Positions 47,730 to 57,605 of a stretch of DNA of 64,000 nucleotides are shown piece by piece. The DNA is from a virus, in the IMG/VR virus record IMGVR_UViG_3300045988_042432; one strand, written 5' to 3'. The translations under genes and the position numbers were made by a program. Numbering within the stretch: the stretch's first letter is position 1; every line of letters starts with the position of its first letter. The notes beneath the pieces are model-generated. The model was not told where the DNA came from and did no database searches. It saw nothing but the letters and a program-made list of their open reading frames with translations.

Positions 47730-47906
47730 ATGGCTTCACGTAAGAAAGGTACGGCACCTCATAAGCCGAAGAAGGTGTATGAATCTGTTAAGTTAATGAA
47801 TTGTGCAAGGTGTGGTAGGGATACTACTCACACGCTGTTCGATTATGACAACAGGCTTTACAAATGTAATGTCTGTGGGACAGTTTATACTAAACGTGGT
47901 AAATAA
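47730..47906 (+). CDS. small zinc-ribbon protein (58 aa)
   Basis: Own translation: MASRKKGTAPHKPKKVYESVKLMNCARCGRDTTHTLFDYDNRLYKCNVCGTVYTKRGK*, a CxxC...CxxC pattern. Confidence 0.55.
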   Translation: MASRKKGTAPHKPKKVYESVKLMNCARCGRDTTHTLFDYDNRLYKCNVCGTVYTKRGK

Positions 47907-47936
47907 CTAATATTTAACTCATTAAACTTATCAGTA

Positions 47937-48395
47937 ATGAAGAAGGAAACTATCAAAGAGACTCCGGAAGAGAGATTCAAAAGACTAAGAATCAAGGATT
48001 TGACCGATGATGCTTTCATGGTGGCAGAACATTTAAGACAGCCATCTGTAACACCACGTGACCCAAGTGTGTGGAGTAAAACTCCTAAAGAACGTAAGTT
48101 GTGGAAACGTTATAGACGATTCCCTGCTCCGAGCTATCAATGGCCGGCTCCTGCTAAATCTATTCCTATTCCTGGAACTCTGGTCGTGTATGTAAAGGGT
48201 GGTAACTTTACTACTGGTAAAATGAATCCAAAGACCAACAAACCTATACCAAAGAACACATTTAGCCATAAATGTATTCAATCTGACATCCCTTTCTTAT
48301 TAAGTAAATATAAGACAGAGAAGTCCCAGGTTACTAAATATTCTTGGAATGGCAAAACCTACGCCCCCGACTGTCTACCATTCTGGGGACGTTAA
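47937..48395 (+). CDS. basic hypothetical protein (152 aa)
   Basis: Track ORF. Confidence 0.6.
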   Translation: MKKETIKETPEERFKRLRIKDLTDDAFMVAEHLRQPSVTPRDPSVWSKTPKERKLWKRYRRFPAPSYQWPAPAKSIPIPGTLVVYVKGGNFTTGKMNPKTNKPIPKNTFSHKCIQSDIPFLLSKYKTEKSQVTKYSWNGKTYAPDCLPFWGR

Positions 48396-48693
48396 ACTAA
48401 CAGCGTACCCTTCCTTTCTATATGAAGTACAACTGTACCTCATTAGGAAGGATAGGGTAGAATGTGTAGGTTCTAAGTTCTATACTACTGATAAGCCTAT
48501 TAAGGTAAGGGAATCGCAGTTTATTAAAGTCGACGATGAGATTACATGTGCTAAGTATATTACTTGGCTAGCAGCTCCCCTAGATTATTTAATGAACAAC
48601 AATTTTAAAGTGTTAGAACGTGAGAATGCTAGACAAAGACGGAAATCCAATACAGGAGAAGACAAGCGAAGGAGTTCAAACCGTAGGCGCTGA
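48349..48693 (+). CDS. hypothetical protein (114 aa)
   Basis: Track ORF with a 47-nt overlap with the upstream gene, so the start is uncertain. Confidence 0.5.
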   Translation: MAKPTPPTVYHSGDVKLTAYPSFLYEVQLYLIRKDRVECVGSKFYTTDKPIKVRESQFIKVDDEITCAKYITWLAAPLDYLMNNNFKVLERENARQRRKSNTGEDKRRSSNRRR

Positions 48694-48700
48694 ACCTACT

Positions 48701-49261
48701 ATGAAGTATACAGAGCAGGTGATTGATAAGTCTAGACGTGTTTGCCCACTATCAACTGTAATGGTTGAGATGTTGGTAAAACAGATGTCAGCCGAACTTG
48801 CCAACCATGCTCTGTATATGACCTTTGCCAATTACTTTGAAGTAGAGGGTTTGCCAAAGCTAGGTATTTACTGGAGAGGTCGTGCTAAAGAAGAATATTT
48901 GCATCATTCTTGGATATTTGAATATTTAACCACTAACGATGCTCTGTTCCAATATCCGCCTGTTCCAGCCATTAATGTTGAAATCACTGATAGAGTCATG
49001 CCCTTTGCTGCCACAGTAGATAGGGAGATTGAGACTACTCGTGGTATTAATAAGATTGTAGACCAAGCTCAAAAAGAGAGTGATTGGGCTACATTCCAAT
49101 GGTTGAATGGAGAGGATGAGGATGAAGGTATGTTAGTTAAAGAGCAAGTAGAAGAAGAATCTATTAGTCGTACTATTCTTGATATGGCTAAAGAACAGGC
49201 TACTTGGCTTCGTAAAGAGAATGCAATACTTGATTTCTATAATGGTCTAGGTCGCAAGTAA
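48701..49261 (+). CDS. ferritin-like superfamily protein
   Basis: Track ORF 48620..49261; ATG 48701. MSAELANHALYMTFANYFE...GRAKEEYLHHSWIFEYL resembles the ferritin/Dps helix A-B pattern. Confidence 0.45.
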   Translation: MKYTEQVIDKSRRVCPLSTVMVEMLVKQMSAELANHALYMTFANYFEVEGLPKLGIYWRGRAKEEYLHHSWIFEYLTTNDALFQYPPVPAINVEITDRVMPFAATVDREIETTRGINKIVDQAQKESDWATFQWLNGEDEDEGMLVKEQVEEESISRTILDMAKEQATWLRKENAILDFYNGLGRK

Positions 49262-49325
49262 TTGCCTATAATCAGATTAACTTATCTAGAGAGATTACAT
49301 TTAGAAACATTTAATCTACAAGTTT

Positions 49326-49853
49326 ATGAAAGAAAGAGTTGAGTATAGAGTTGACAGTTTTGTTGATTTTACTGGCATGGAACGTAAGTTCGTAATGGTT
49401 GCATTGTCACAAGAAGTATGTGCTGAAATTGACCCAGATACAGAGAACTGGGATGAAGATGCACTCTTAAGTGATAAATGTCTGTCTATTGGCGTATCTG
49501 TATGTCAACCAGAAGATGAGTTTGATGAGAATATGGGAGTTCAAATAGCTCTTGGTAAAGCTCGTAAACTACATAATCATGCTCTGTACAGTACTGACCC
49601 CGGATTGATTAACCGTGGTGTAGTTAATGCTCTTCTTGACCAGGAAGTAGCATTCTTCAAACAATGCCCTGGCAAGTATCTGAAAGGATATGATACAGCT
49701 AAGGCTATCTATGAAGAAGGACGTAAAATGGTTGAACTAGAAGCATCACTATCTGATGAAGAACGTACATGCTTGGATACCTTATTAACTTCTAAGAATG
49801 ATAGAGTGGATGTTATCTATGATATCTATAACTACTATCAGTCTCAGAAATGA
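49326..49853 (+). CDS. hypothetical protein (175 aa)
   Basis: Track ORF. Confidence 0.65.
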   Translation: MKERVEYRVDSFVDFTGMERKFVMVALSQEVCAEIDPDTENWDEDALLSDKCLSIGVSVCQPEDEFDENMGVQIALGKARKLHNHALYSTDPGLINRGVVNALLDQEVAFFKQCPGKYLKGYDTAKAIYEEGRKMVELEASLSDEERTCLDTLLTSKNDRVDVIYDIYNYYQSQK

Positions 49854-50167
49854 AATTTAAGGATGCTTTCGTTGGAGGTGTGATTGCTGCTGCTATATGC
49901 CTTGGTATAGCATGGGCTTGCAAGGATAGAAACACAGTAGTTATTCCTGACAACACTAAATATGAGCAAGCTATAGACTCGCTCAATAAGGAAGTAAGGA
50001 AGTTAGAAATTACTAACGACAGTCTAATTAGTGTCATTACCAATTCTAAAGGTAAGATAGACACTATTAATAATTGGTATGAAAAGGAGCTTATTGATAT
50101 TACTAATCAGTCTATTGCCGCTGATGCATCTTTCTTCGCAGAATATGTATCCCAAGCTGGTAGATGA
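49850..50167 (+). CDS. membrane-anchored coiled-coil protein (105 aa)
   Basis: Track ORF with N-terminal TM or signal segment FVGGVIAAAICLGIAWAC. Confidence 0.55.
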   Translation: MKFKDAFVGGVIAAAICLGIAWACKDRNTVVIPDNTKYEQAIDSLNKEVRKLEITNDSLISVITNSKGKIDTINNWYEKELIDITNQSIAADASFFAEYVSQAGR

Positions 50168-50492
50168 CTCTTTAGTTGTGATTACTCCACAGCAATTAAA
50201 GGCTAGTAACCTTATATTTCTGGAGCATAAGAAGCTTAAGCTAGAGAGGTTTGAACTCAATAAACAGCTTACATCTTATGAATTACTAACTGCTAACTAT
50301 GCTAAAACTGATAGTATAAGACTTCAACAACTAGCACGAGCAGAATTGCAAATGCAGATGTATGATGAAGCTATTAGTAAGCAACGGGAGCAGATAGCTA
50401 AGATGAACAAAAAGAACAAGAGATTAACTACATTGTCAATAGGAGGATTTGCTATCAGTGTAGGCTTATTATTAGCCTTACTGATTAAATAG
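50079..50492 (+). CDS. protein with N-terminal signal-like and C-terminal TM segments (137 aa)
   Basis: Track ORF. Its 5' 89 nt overlap the previous gene in another frame. Starts MKRSLLILLISLLPLM and ends ...LSIGGFAISVGLLLALLIK. Confidence 0.45.
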   Translation: MKRSLLILLISLLPLMHLSSQNMYPKLVDDSLVVITPQQLKASNLIFLEHKKLKLERFELNKQLTSYELLTANYAKTDSIRLQQLARAELQMQMYDEAISKQREQIAKMNKKNKRLTTLSIGGFAISVGLLLALLIK

Positions 50493-50521
50493 CAAATTCT
50501 TGGCAAACTACTATTCGGAAC

Positions 50522-50728
50522 ATGGCGAACAAACTATCTGACAGTTTTGATAAGGACAGAGATGGAGTAAAGTACAAATACCCCGAGAGAACTTGCAAAG
50601 ACTGTTCTAGATATCCCTGTTTCAGCGGTATTGAGCGCAGTGTTTGTGATTTCGCCAAGTATGGTTGTGTGCATTATAAAGACGGTGGGGTTAATAAACG
50701 ACAAAATGAGCTGGTGGGCTCGGAATGA
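50522..50728 (+). CDS. Cys-rich small protein (68 aa)
   Basis: Track ORF. Confidence 0.55.
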   Translation: MANKLSDSFDKDRDGVKYKYPERTCKDCSRYPCFSGIERSVCDFAKYGCVHYKDGGVNKRQNELVGSE

Positions 50729-51030
50729 TGATTCAATATACCATACGCGTTGAATTACTAGCTAGTAAGGAAGATGCTGGTGGTTATATAGTCTATGCAT
50801 TCAAAGATTTGTCAAACGGCACATATAAAATGTGTACCCGATGTCCTAACTGGGAAGGTCCATTCTTAAGAGTTGGTGACATCGGGTATTTGAAGTGTAA
50901 GGAAGTATATGCAGGGGAAGACACATGGTATAATCCCATCACTGACTCCTTTGAGAAGTATAAATATACCGATATATATTTCGAAGACTTTGTTTATGAG
51001 AAACCACCAGAAGGTGAGATTATACTGTAA
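50725..51030 (+). CDS. hypothetical protein (101 aa)
   Basis: Track ORF with a 4-nt overlap. Confidence 0.6.
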   Translation: MMIQYTIRVELLASKEDAGGYIVYAFKDLSNGTYKMCTRCPNWEGPFLRVGDIGYLKCKEVYAGEDTWYNPITDSFEKYKYTDIYFEDFVYEKPPEGEIIL

Positions 51031-51086
51031 AAGATTATCTAAATTAACGAGATTAGACCATTATCTAAAATTAATATGATATATCT

Positions 51087-51929
51087 ATGTTCAGAGAGAA
51101 ATTGGCATCAGCTATCGATAGAAAGAATAATGACATCAACTCTTTCATTTGGAAGGGTCGTAAGCAAGAAGTAAATGGAGCTTTAGTACAAGAGGAGAAA
51201 CGCTTGGTTGATTGTACTGAAGAAGAACTTCGTAATTTCTATGCACATTGTGATTCTATGCTCTATAATACTAACAAGGACTATCCTGGTCGTTATGTTC
51301 TATTGGACATTATTAAAGACCAGCGTCAGCGTTGTAACGCAGAATTGTTCTTGCGCTGGTTAGAACAGGAGCAGCATATGCCAAGGTTTAAGTTCCTAGA
51401 GGCGTTAGTCTCTTTCTTGGATATTAATAAGGACGGTATAGACCCGAAAGAGTATCCAATTGAAGGAACTATGTGCGGCTGTCCTAAAGAGTTTGGAGAC
51501 ATTCCAACAGAGACAGTACGCGAAGGTTGTTTGGACAGACTGGGAAAGTTCAACAAACAACACATTACTCTTACATTTATTCTCAAGCAAGGTCTATGGT
51601 TCACTGCTCAAGAGAGCAAGGACTTAGTGGAGAAAGACCCTAAGACAGGTCAGATAAGAGATAAGATTGAAGTGGCGAAGGAAAGACTAGGTCTGAAGCC
51701 CACAATGCCTCTTTATGTTACTCCTAAAGGACTTAGCTATTCACAGCTTCGTTCTATGGTTAATTTGAAGAGTAAGAAGTATACAGAACTAACTACTGAC
51801 CAATTAAAGGTTCTTAGAAATAGAATCTTGTATTCTTTGGAAGATGAAGTGAAGTTCCATATATCTCAGTGGGAAACTCGCAAGAACCAAATTAAATTAG
51901 TATGTGATGCTAAAGGCTATACTTTATAA
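51087..51929 (+). CDS. hypothetical protein (280 aa)
   Basis: Track ORF. Confidence 0.7.
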   Translation: MFREKLASAIDRKNNDINSFIWKGRKQEVNGALVQEEKRLVDCTEEELRNFYAHCDSMLYNTNKDYPGRYVLLDIIKDQRQRCNAELFLRWLEQEQHMPRFKFLEALVSFLDINKDGIDPKEYPIEGTMCGCPKEFGDIPTETVREGCLDRLGKFNKQHITLTFILKQGLWFTAQESKDLVEKDPKTGQIRDKIEVAKERLGLKPTMPLYVTPKGLSYSQLRSMVNLKSKKYTELTTDQLKVLRNRILYSLEDEVKFHISQWETRKNQIKLVCDAKGYTL

Positions 51930-52083
51930 TGTACTCTGGATGCTGACCACAGTTAATCCAGATTACTATGTAGTAGGTATAAGCTGCTTAACGTAACTTG
52001 TGAGAATTTACTAATATTAAATAACAGGGTTCAAGGTAATAGATTCAAAATGAGTTATTAATTAAGGGCTTAGCCTATAACAA

Positions 52084-53358
52084 GTGGCAGACTTATTCGG
52101 AAACGTAAGCAGAGATGAACGCCAAGCAATTGGTGTTCAACGTTGGGTAGATAATAAGTTGCGTGGTTCTTTAGTCTATTGTACCGGTTTCGGTAAGACT
52201 AGAACTGCCATTATGTGTATGAAAAGATTCTTGGCTAAGAATCCTGGTAGAAGAATTATAATAGTAGTACCTACTGATGCACTACAGAGACAATGGCTTA
52301 GTGATTTAACAGAGCAGCAAGTCCCAATGGTGTACGAGGTACTAATAATAAACTCTGTTGTGAAACATGAGTGGACATGTGATTTGCTAGTACTTGATGA
52401 ATGTCATAAATATGCTTCCGACTTGTTTGGAAAGGTATTTGAAGTAGTCAAGTATAAAATAATTCTAGGTTTAACTGCAACTATGGAACGACTAGACGGT
52501 AAGGATAGTTATATCAAGAAGTATTGTCCAGTAGTTGATAGAGTAGATGTTAGTGAAGCTACTGCTAGAGGCTGGCTATCTCCTTACAGAGAATACAAAG
52601 TCATGGTAGAAGTAGACAATCTAGACAAATACTATGAGTTAAATAGAGAGTTTTATGAGCATTTTGCTTTCTTCGGTCATGATTTTACACTTGCTATGGC
52701 TTGTGCTACTAAATGGCAGAAGAGAATTGAGCTAGCTAAAACTATGCTTCCCGACTTTGACAAGAAACCAGATGAATGGAAAGCTCTTAATAAGACCATT
52801 CTAATTCATGCTATGGGTTTCAATAGGACTTTACAGGCAAGGAAGAAGTTCATTTATGAACATCCTAAAAAGATAGAACTTACAAATATGATACTTGAGC
52901 ATAGGCAAGACAAGAAATGTATTACTTTTAGTAAGACAATCAAGATTGCCGAACAAATCAAGTATGGTAAGGTACTATCTAGTAAGGAAACTAAGAAGAA
53001 GGGAAGGATGACTTTAGAGGAGTTTAAATCAGCATCTGTGGGAGTACTTAATACTTCTAAGATGTTAGATGAAGGAGCTGACATACCAGGACTGTCAGTA
53101 GCCGTTATTCTTGGATATGATTCCAGTCCTACGTCTAAGACGCAGAGAATAGGTAGAGTTATTAGAAAGGCAGAGAATAAAGTAGCGGAAGTCTTTACTT
53201 TAGTAATCAAGGGAACTGTTGAAGAAGAATGGTTTCGCAAGAGTACTGGTAGTAAGGATTATATCACTATAGCCGATTCTGATTTATTAAATCTACTAGA
53301 AGGGCGAGAATTTACTCCTAAGAAGAACAAAGAAACTAAAATGATATTTAGGTTCTAA
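52084..53358 (+). CDS. superfamily 2 DEAD/DEAH-box helicase
   Basis: Track ORF of 424 aa with a GTG start. Motifs: I CTGFGKTRTA, II LVLDECHK, III LTATMER, VI QRIGRVIR. Confidence 0.8.
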   Translation: MADLFGNVSRDERQAIGVQRWVDNKLRGSLVYCTGFGKTRTAIMCMKRFLAKNPGRRIIIVVPTDALQRQWLSDLTEQQVPMVYEVLIINSVVKHEWTCDLLVLDECHKYASDLFGKVFEVVKYKIILGLTATMERLDGKDSYIKKYCPVVDRVDVSEATARGWLSPYREYKVMVEVDNLDKYYELNREFYEHFAFFGHDFTLAMACATKWQKRIELAKTMLPDFDKKPDEWKALNKTILIHAMGFNRTLQARKKFIYEHPKKIELTNMILEHRQDKKCITFSKTIKIAEQIKYGKVLSSKETKKKGRMTLEEFKSASVGVLNTSKMLDEGADIPGLSVAVILGYDSSPTSKTQRIGRVIRKAENKVAEVFTLVIKGTVEEEWFRKSTGSKDYITIADSDLLNLLEGREFTPKKNKETKMIFRF

Positions 53359-53558
53359 TGTTTAGAGTGTTATATTGCAACATAGGTGCTGAAGGGCAGC
53401 CTGATAGAACTTCAACAGTATCTACTGATGTTGATGCTGTTAAGCTATTAGAGCTGTTAGAGAAGCATTCAGAGCATCGTATTTGCATGATGTCTGTGCA
53501 TTTAGAGCGTAGCCCTCTAGATGTGCAAAGTCTTATTACGAGCCTGAAATTTAAGTAG
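53358..53558 (+). CDS. hypothetical protein (66 aa)
   Basis: Track ORF whose start overlaps the upstream stop (TAATG). Confidence 0.5.
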   Translation: MFRVLYCNIGAEGQPDRTSTVSTDVDAVKLLELLEKHSEHRICMMSVHLERSPLDVQSLITSLKFK

Positions 53559-53564
53559 ATTCGT

Positions 53565-53595
53565 TTTGAAATGTAACAAGATTATCGTATCTTTG
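53565..53595 (+). promoter_or_regulatory. Bacteroidetes-type promoter (TTTG-N19-TATCTTTG)
   Basis: -33 TTTG at 53565-53568, 19-nt spacer, -7 TAtcTTTG at 53588-53595, 24 nt upstream of ATG 53619. Confidence 0.6.
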
Positions 53596-53618
53596 TAATC
53601 CTTAACGGTCAAAATTAC

Positions 53619-53843
53619 ATGACAACTGAAAGATTGCTTGAACTTGTAATGCTTACTAACACGTTTGATAGTATCATTCATGCTAGTGGTGTCAACGAAA
53701 ACGGTGAAATTGAATTTGAAGGTGGAATCTATGACGTCAAGGCTATGGTAGCAAGGCAGACAGAACTCTTTAAAGAGTTTATAGCTCCTTACGAAGTAGC
53801 AGGCGAAGCTTATGTGATTGAGGACACTGAGAAATCAGAATAA
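53619..53843 (+). CDS. hypothetical protein (74 aa)
   Basis: Track ORF. Confidence 0.6.
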   Translation: MTTERLLELVMLTNTFDSIIHASGVNENGEIEFEGGIYDVKAMVARQTELFKEFIAPYEVAGEAYVIEDTEKSE

Positions 53844-53896
53844 CAAAGTATCACAGCTGATAGATTAGTAAGTTATTTACTTATTAATCAATACGC

Positions 53897-54520
53897 TTGG
53901 AGAAATTAAGTTTAACAATAGAGAATCAGTTGTTAATAATGGAGCAGTATAGGCTTACTGCTGAGGAGTTGTTAATGATTGAGTTGCTATTCTTGGCACA
54001 ACCAGAAGAGGGACATAAAGACTCCCTCATCCGATATCTGGGAATGCCAATAACTAAAACCCGCCTTAGAGACGTATTATTAAGTCTACAGGTGAAGGGA
54101 GTCATTACTAAGAAGTATAAAATTCCCGCAGAGGGTCAGACGTTTGACCCTGAATCTGTAATCTTTAATGAAAACTTCATTAAGAATTATAGAAAGTATT
54201 CCGGAGACCTGGGAGGAGAGTTCTGGGAAGCATACCCAGATATTGTCATTATTAATGGTAGGGAGTATAGTTTAAAGAACTGGTCTAAGAAGTTTAACAC
54301 TTTGGAAGATATGTTCTTTAGATATGGCAAGAATATAGGATGGAAACTTGAGAATCATAAAAGGGTGATAGAGTTAGTCAATTGGGCTAAACAGAACAAA
54401 TGTAATCTGATAAATGTCAACATTGCTGACTTTATAATGTCTAAGGCTTGGGAAGGCATCGAGAAGTTTAAAGATGGAACATATGAAGAATTAGTGTTTG
54501 ATACTATGACGGAACTATGA
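53897..54520 (+). CDS. hypothetical protein upstream of helicase (possible initiator or loader)
   Basis: Track ORF of 207 aa with a TTG start; alternative ATG at 53939. The function is guessed from position only. Confidence 0.55.
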   Translation: MEKLSLTIENQLLIMEQYRLTAEELLMIELLFLAQPEEGHKDSLIRYLGMPITKTRLRDVLLSLQVKGVITKKYKIPAEGQTFDPESVIFNENFIKNYRKYSGDLGGEFWEAYPDIVIINGREYSLKNWSKKFNTLEDMFFRYGKNIGWKLENHKRVIELVNWAKQNKCNLINVNIADFIMSKAWEGIEKFKDGTYEELVFDTMTEL

Positions 54521-55608
54521 CATATACTAGCAGACTAATCGAACTTATCAAAAGAGGCAGAGAAGGTGACAATCAAGGATTATCACTTGGAATGCCTAAG
54601 CTGGAGCATATAATTGACGGATTAACTCAAGAGACCTATTACCTGATTGCCGCAGGAACTGGTAACGGTAAGACTAGTTTCGTGCTTCACTCCTTTATAT
54701 ATAAGGCTCTACTGGACTCTGATTCTGATAAGGATGTTCAGTTTATTATATTCTCTTTGGAGATGAGTGCTGAGCAGTTACTTGCTAAATTGCTCTCTCT
54801 TCATATATATGAGACATATGGTAAACAAATATCTTTTAAAGAGTTATTGTCTAGAGGCAAGGACTCTATACTCTCTGATGAGGATTATGAGTTAGTACAG
54901 GAATGTATTCCATGGCTAGAATCTATAGAGGACAGACTAATAATACATGACGGCACTCTCAATTCAGAGAAGTATAAGTCTCTAATCATAGAGGATTTAA
55001 AGAAATTTGGAACCTTTGTTGATGAAGATACTTATGAACTTAATAATCCGAAACAAATTATCGCAGTAATTACTGACCACTTAGGCTTAGTGAGACCACA
55101 GTTGGGTCGTAGCAAGAAAGAGGAGATTGATACCATATCGGCATATGGTGTCTCATTTAGAAATAAATGTAAGATATCTCCAATCAATATTATGCAGTTC
55201 AATAGAAATGCTAATAATGCAGAACGACTAAAACAAGGCTTGCAAGAACCTGATTTGTCAGATTTAAAAGAGAGTGGTTCTCCGAGTGAGGATGCCAATG
55301 TAGTATTGGTATTATTTAATCCATTTAGAAGCAAATTGTCTACATATAGAGGATATTGCATTAAAGAGCTAAAGGATGGTTTCAGGTCATTATTGGTTCT
55401 TAAGAATAGATTTGGTGCGTCTGACGTAGCCATTGGTGTAGGATTTTATGGTAGGTGTGGTATCTTTAAAGAGCTTCCGTCTGCGTCTGAAATCAATGAT
55501 TATGACAAGTATAAGAATCCAGATTGGACTATTATTGATTTCCCAGACAGGGAAGTCGAGATAGAACGAACTAAGAAAGATGATTTACGCGTAACCATAA
55601 CATTATGA
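54517..55608 (+). CDS. DnaB-family replicative helicase (RecA-like C-terminal domain)
   Basis: Track ORF of 363 aa. Walker A is AAGTGNGKTSFVL. Walker B region is AVITDHLGLV. MQFNRN matches the SQLNR-like motif. DLKESGSPSEDANVVLVLF matches DLRESGSIEQDAD. Confidence 0.8.
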   Translation: MTYTSRLIELIKRGREGDNQGLSLGMPKLEHIIDGLTQETYYLIAAGTGNGKTSFVLHSFIYKALLDSDSDKDVQFIIFSLEMSAEQLLAKLLSLHIYETYGKQISFKELLSRGKDSILSDEDYELVQECIPWLESIEDRLIIHDGTLNSEKYKSLIIEDLKKFGTFVDEDTYELNNPKQIIAVITDHLGLVRPQLGRSKKEEIDTISAYGVSFRNKCKISPINIMQFNRNANNAERLKQGLQEPDLSDLKESGSPSEDANVVLVLFNPFRSKLSTYRGYCIKELKDGFRSLLVLKNRFGASDVAIGVGFYGRCGIFKELPSASEINDYDKYKNPDWTIIDFPDREVEIERTKKDDLRVTITL

Positions 55609-55612
55609 TTTA

Positions 55613-56305
55613 ATGAGCCAAATTATAGGACTTGGAGGATTTTCGGGAAGTGGTAAGTCTAGTTCCCTACAGTATTTAAACCCAAAGGAGACATTTATCA
55701 TTAGCTGTACTCCTAAACAATTATCAATTCCAGGATTTAGGAAGAATTACAAGAAACTAACTCAGGACAAAGACAAGAACTATGTTGGAAATTGGTATTT
55801 CAGTAATGAATTTGCCAAAGTGATGAACATCATGAACGTAGTTAATGTTAAAATGCCGGAGATTAAGGTCTTAGTAATTGATGATAGTAATTATCTTCTT
55901 TCACAAGAGGTGATGTCTAGAAGTGCAGAGAAAGGATATGACAAGCATATTGACTTTGCAAAGCACTATTATGATTTAATAATGAAAGCTATGACTCTTA
56001 GAGAGGATTTAATTGTAGTGTTCATATCTCATATTGTAAATGACGGTAACGACTATGACCCTAAATATAAGTTATTTACTACTGGAAAGATGTTGGATAG
56101 GTCTGTTAATATAGATGGACTGTTTAATTATTTGCTGTATGCAGAGAAGATTGTAAATGATGAAGAGGTTGACTATAAATTCAGAACAAGGTCACTTGGT
56201 CCAGATACTTGTAGAAGTACCGCAGGATGTTTCCCTGATTTATATGTTGAACCTAATATGAAGATGGTGATTGACACAATCAATAAATTTGAATACGGAG
56301 AATGA
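55613..56305 (+). CDS. P-loop ATPase (RecA-like/Sak4-like AAA family)
   Basis: Track ORF of 230 aa. Walker A is GGFSGSGKSSS. Walker B is VLVIDDSNY. Confidence 0.55.
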   Translation: MSQIIGLGGFSGSGKSSSLQYLNPKETFIISCTPKQLSIPGFRKNYKKLTQDKDKNYVGNWYFSNEFAKVMNIMNVVNVKMPEIKVLVIDDSNYLLSQEVMSRSAEKGYDKHIDFAKHYYDLIMKAMTLREDLIVVFISHIVNDGNDYDPKYKLFTTGKMLDRSVNIDGLFNYLLYAEKIVNDEEVDYKFRTRSLGPDTCRSTAGCFPDLYVEPNMKMVIDTINKFEYGE

Positions 56306-56862
56306 TAGTTAAAATGCTGTTAACTTTGGACTTTGACCCAGCTACTGGAGAGTATAAATCTCTAAAGCAGGAAATTGTCAAAGAAGAAGTAAAGACTAGA
56401 ACAGTCAAGGAAGAGGTTCCAGAGACATCTGAACCGCAAGTTACCCTAGACCCTAACAAGTACATACTTAATAAAGCAGCTGCCCAATTAATGGGAGTTG
56501 CTTGGGAAGATAGACTTAGTATTAAATATCAGAAAATTGACGGAATCACTTTCCCCGTTATAGGAACTGATGAAGCCTTTGGAACCAAAGGTGGAAACAA
56601 ACTTACTAAGAGTCTGTCTGTCAGCTGTAGAGGTAAAGCTAATGACATGCTACGTCAGTATGGAGATACATTTACAGTAACTACGATGAAAGGTCAAGAC
56701 GACCTCTTCGTATTAGTTGGTAATGCTGAAAGGCCGGAAGAGCCTGAAGTAGATAACATAGAGGTATTAGAAGATGAAAGCGACAACATTGATTTGCCGT
56801 TAGACACAGAGATTGGAGATGAGTCAGCTAAAGAGATTGACCCATTAACTTTTGAACTTTAA
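56302..56862 (+). CDS. hypothetical protein with acidic C-terminus (186 aa)
   Basis: Track ORF. Confidence 0.65.
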   Translation: MIVKMLLTLDFDPATGEYKSLKQEIVKEEVKTRTVKEEVPETSEPQVTLDPNKYILNKAAAQLMGVAWEDRLSIKYQKIDGITFPVIGTDEAFGTKGGNKLTKSLSVSCRGKANDMLRQYGDTFTVTTMKGQDDLFVLVGNAERPEEPEVDNIEVLEDESDNIDLPLDTEIGDESAKEIDPLTFEL

Positions 56863-56874
56863 TACTTATAAACT

Positions 56875-57558
56875 ATGTCAATGAATTTCAACTTAACAAA
56901 CACGAACGGTACATCATCTATTAAACCAAGACTGAAACCATGGGAAATCCACGATGTTATCTTCAAGGGAATAACATTCAATGAGTTTAAGGGTAAGAAA
57001 GACCCTGACGCAGTGTACAAAACCATGAGAATTTCATTCGAGAATGAGAATGGTGTTTATGAAGAAACAGTATTCTGTCCTAAAGAGGGAGATGATGTAA
57101 GACAAGTAAGCTCTAACAATGGAGTTGAACGTGAAAGTCCGTCCAACTTTGAGAAGTTTAAATTTATGTTAGCTCATATTGGAGAACAACTTGCTCCTAA
57201 GAAATATGAAGCATTTAAAACTAAAACTTTTGCCCTTCCGGAAGAGTTTGAGAAATTGGTAAAGACATTTGCCGACATCACTAAGGATGCAGTTAATAAG
57301 CATACTAATCTGAAGCTGATTGCTAATAAGAAAGGCGAACCTTGTCTGCCTTATTTCGTCAATATCAGTAAAGCAGGTGATGCATATATCTCTAACAACT
57401 GGTTAGGAGACAAAGTATTCTTCTCTGACTATGAAATCAGTCAGATGAATAAACAGAAGAGTAACGGCCCTACTGATATGCCTGGTACAAGTTCTGACGA
57501 TTTTGCAGCATCTAATGATGCAGCCACAGATAACGCAGACCTTGACTTTGAAGTGTAA
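56875..57558 (+). CDS. possible single-stranded DNA-binding protein
   Basis: Track ORF of 227 aa. It lies in the replication module and has an acidic C-terminal tail ending DNADLDFEV, like SSB or gp2.5 tails. Weak evidence. Confidence 0.35.
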   Translation: MSMNFNLTNTNGTSSIKPRLKPWEIHDVIFKGITFNEFKGKKDPDAVYKTMRISFENENGVYEETVFCPKEGDDVRQVSSNNGVERESPSNFEKFKFMLAHIGEQLAPKKYEAFKTKTFALPEEFEKLVKTFADITKDAVNKHTNLKLIANKKGEPCLPYFVNISKAGDAYISNNWLGDKVFFSDYEISQMNKQKSNGPTDMPGTSSDDFAASNDAATDNADLDFEV

Positions 57559-57605
57559 TAATTAATTAGTAAATTTGAGGTTCAAACATTAAACATTGAA
57601 ATAAT

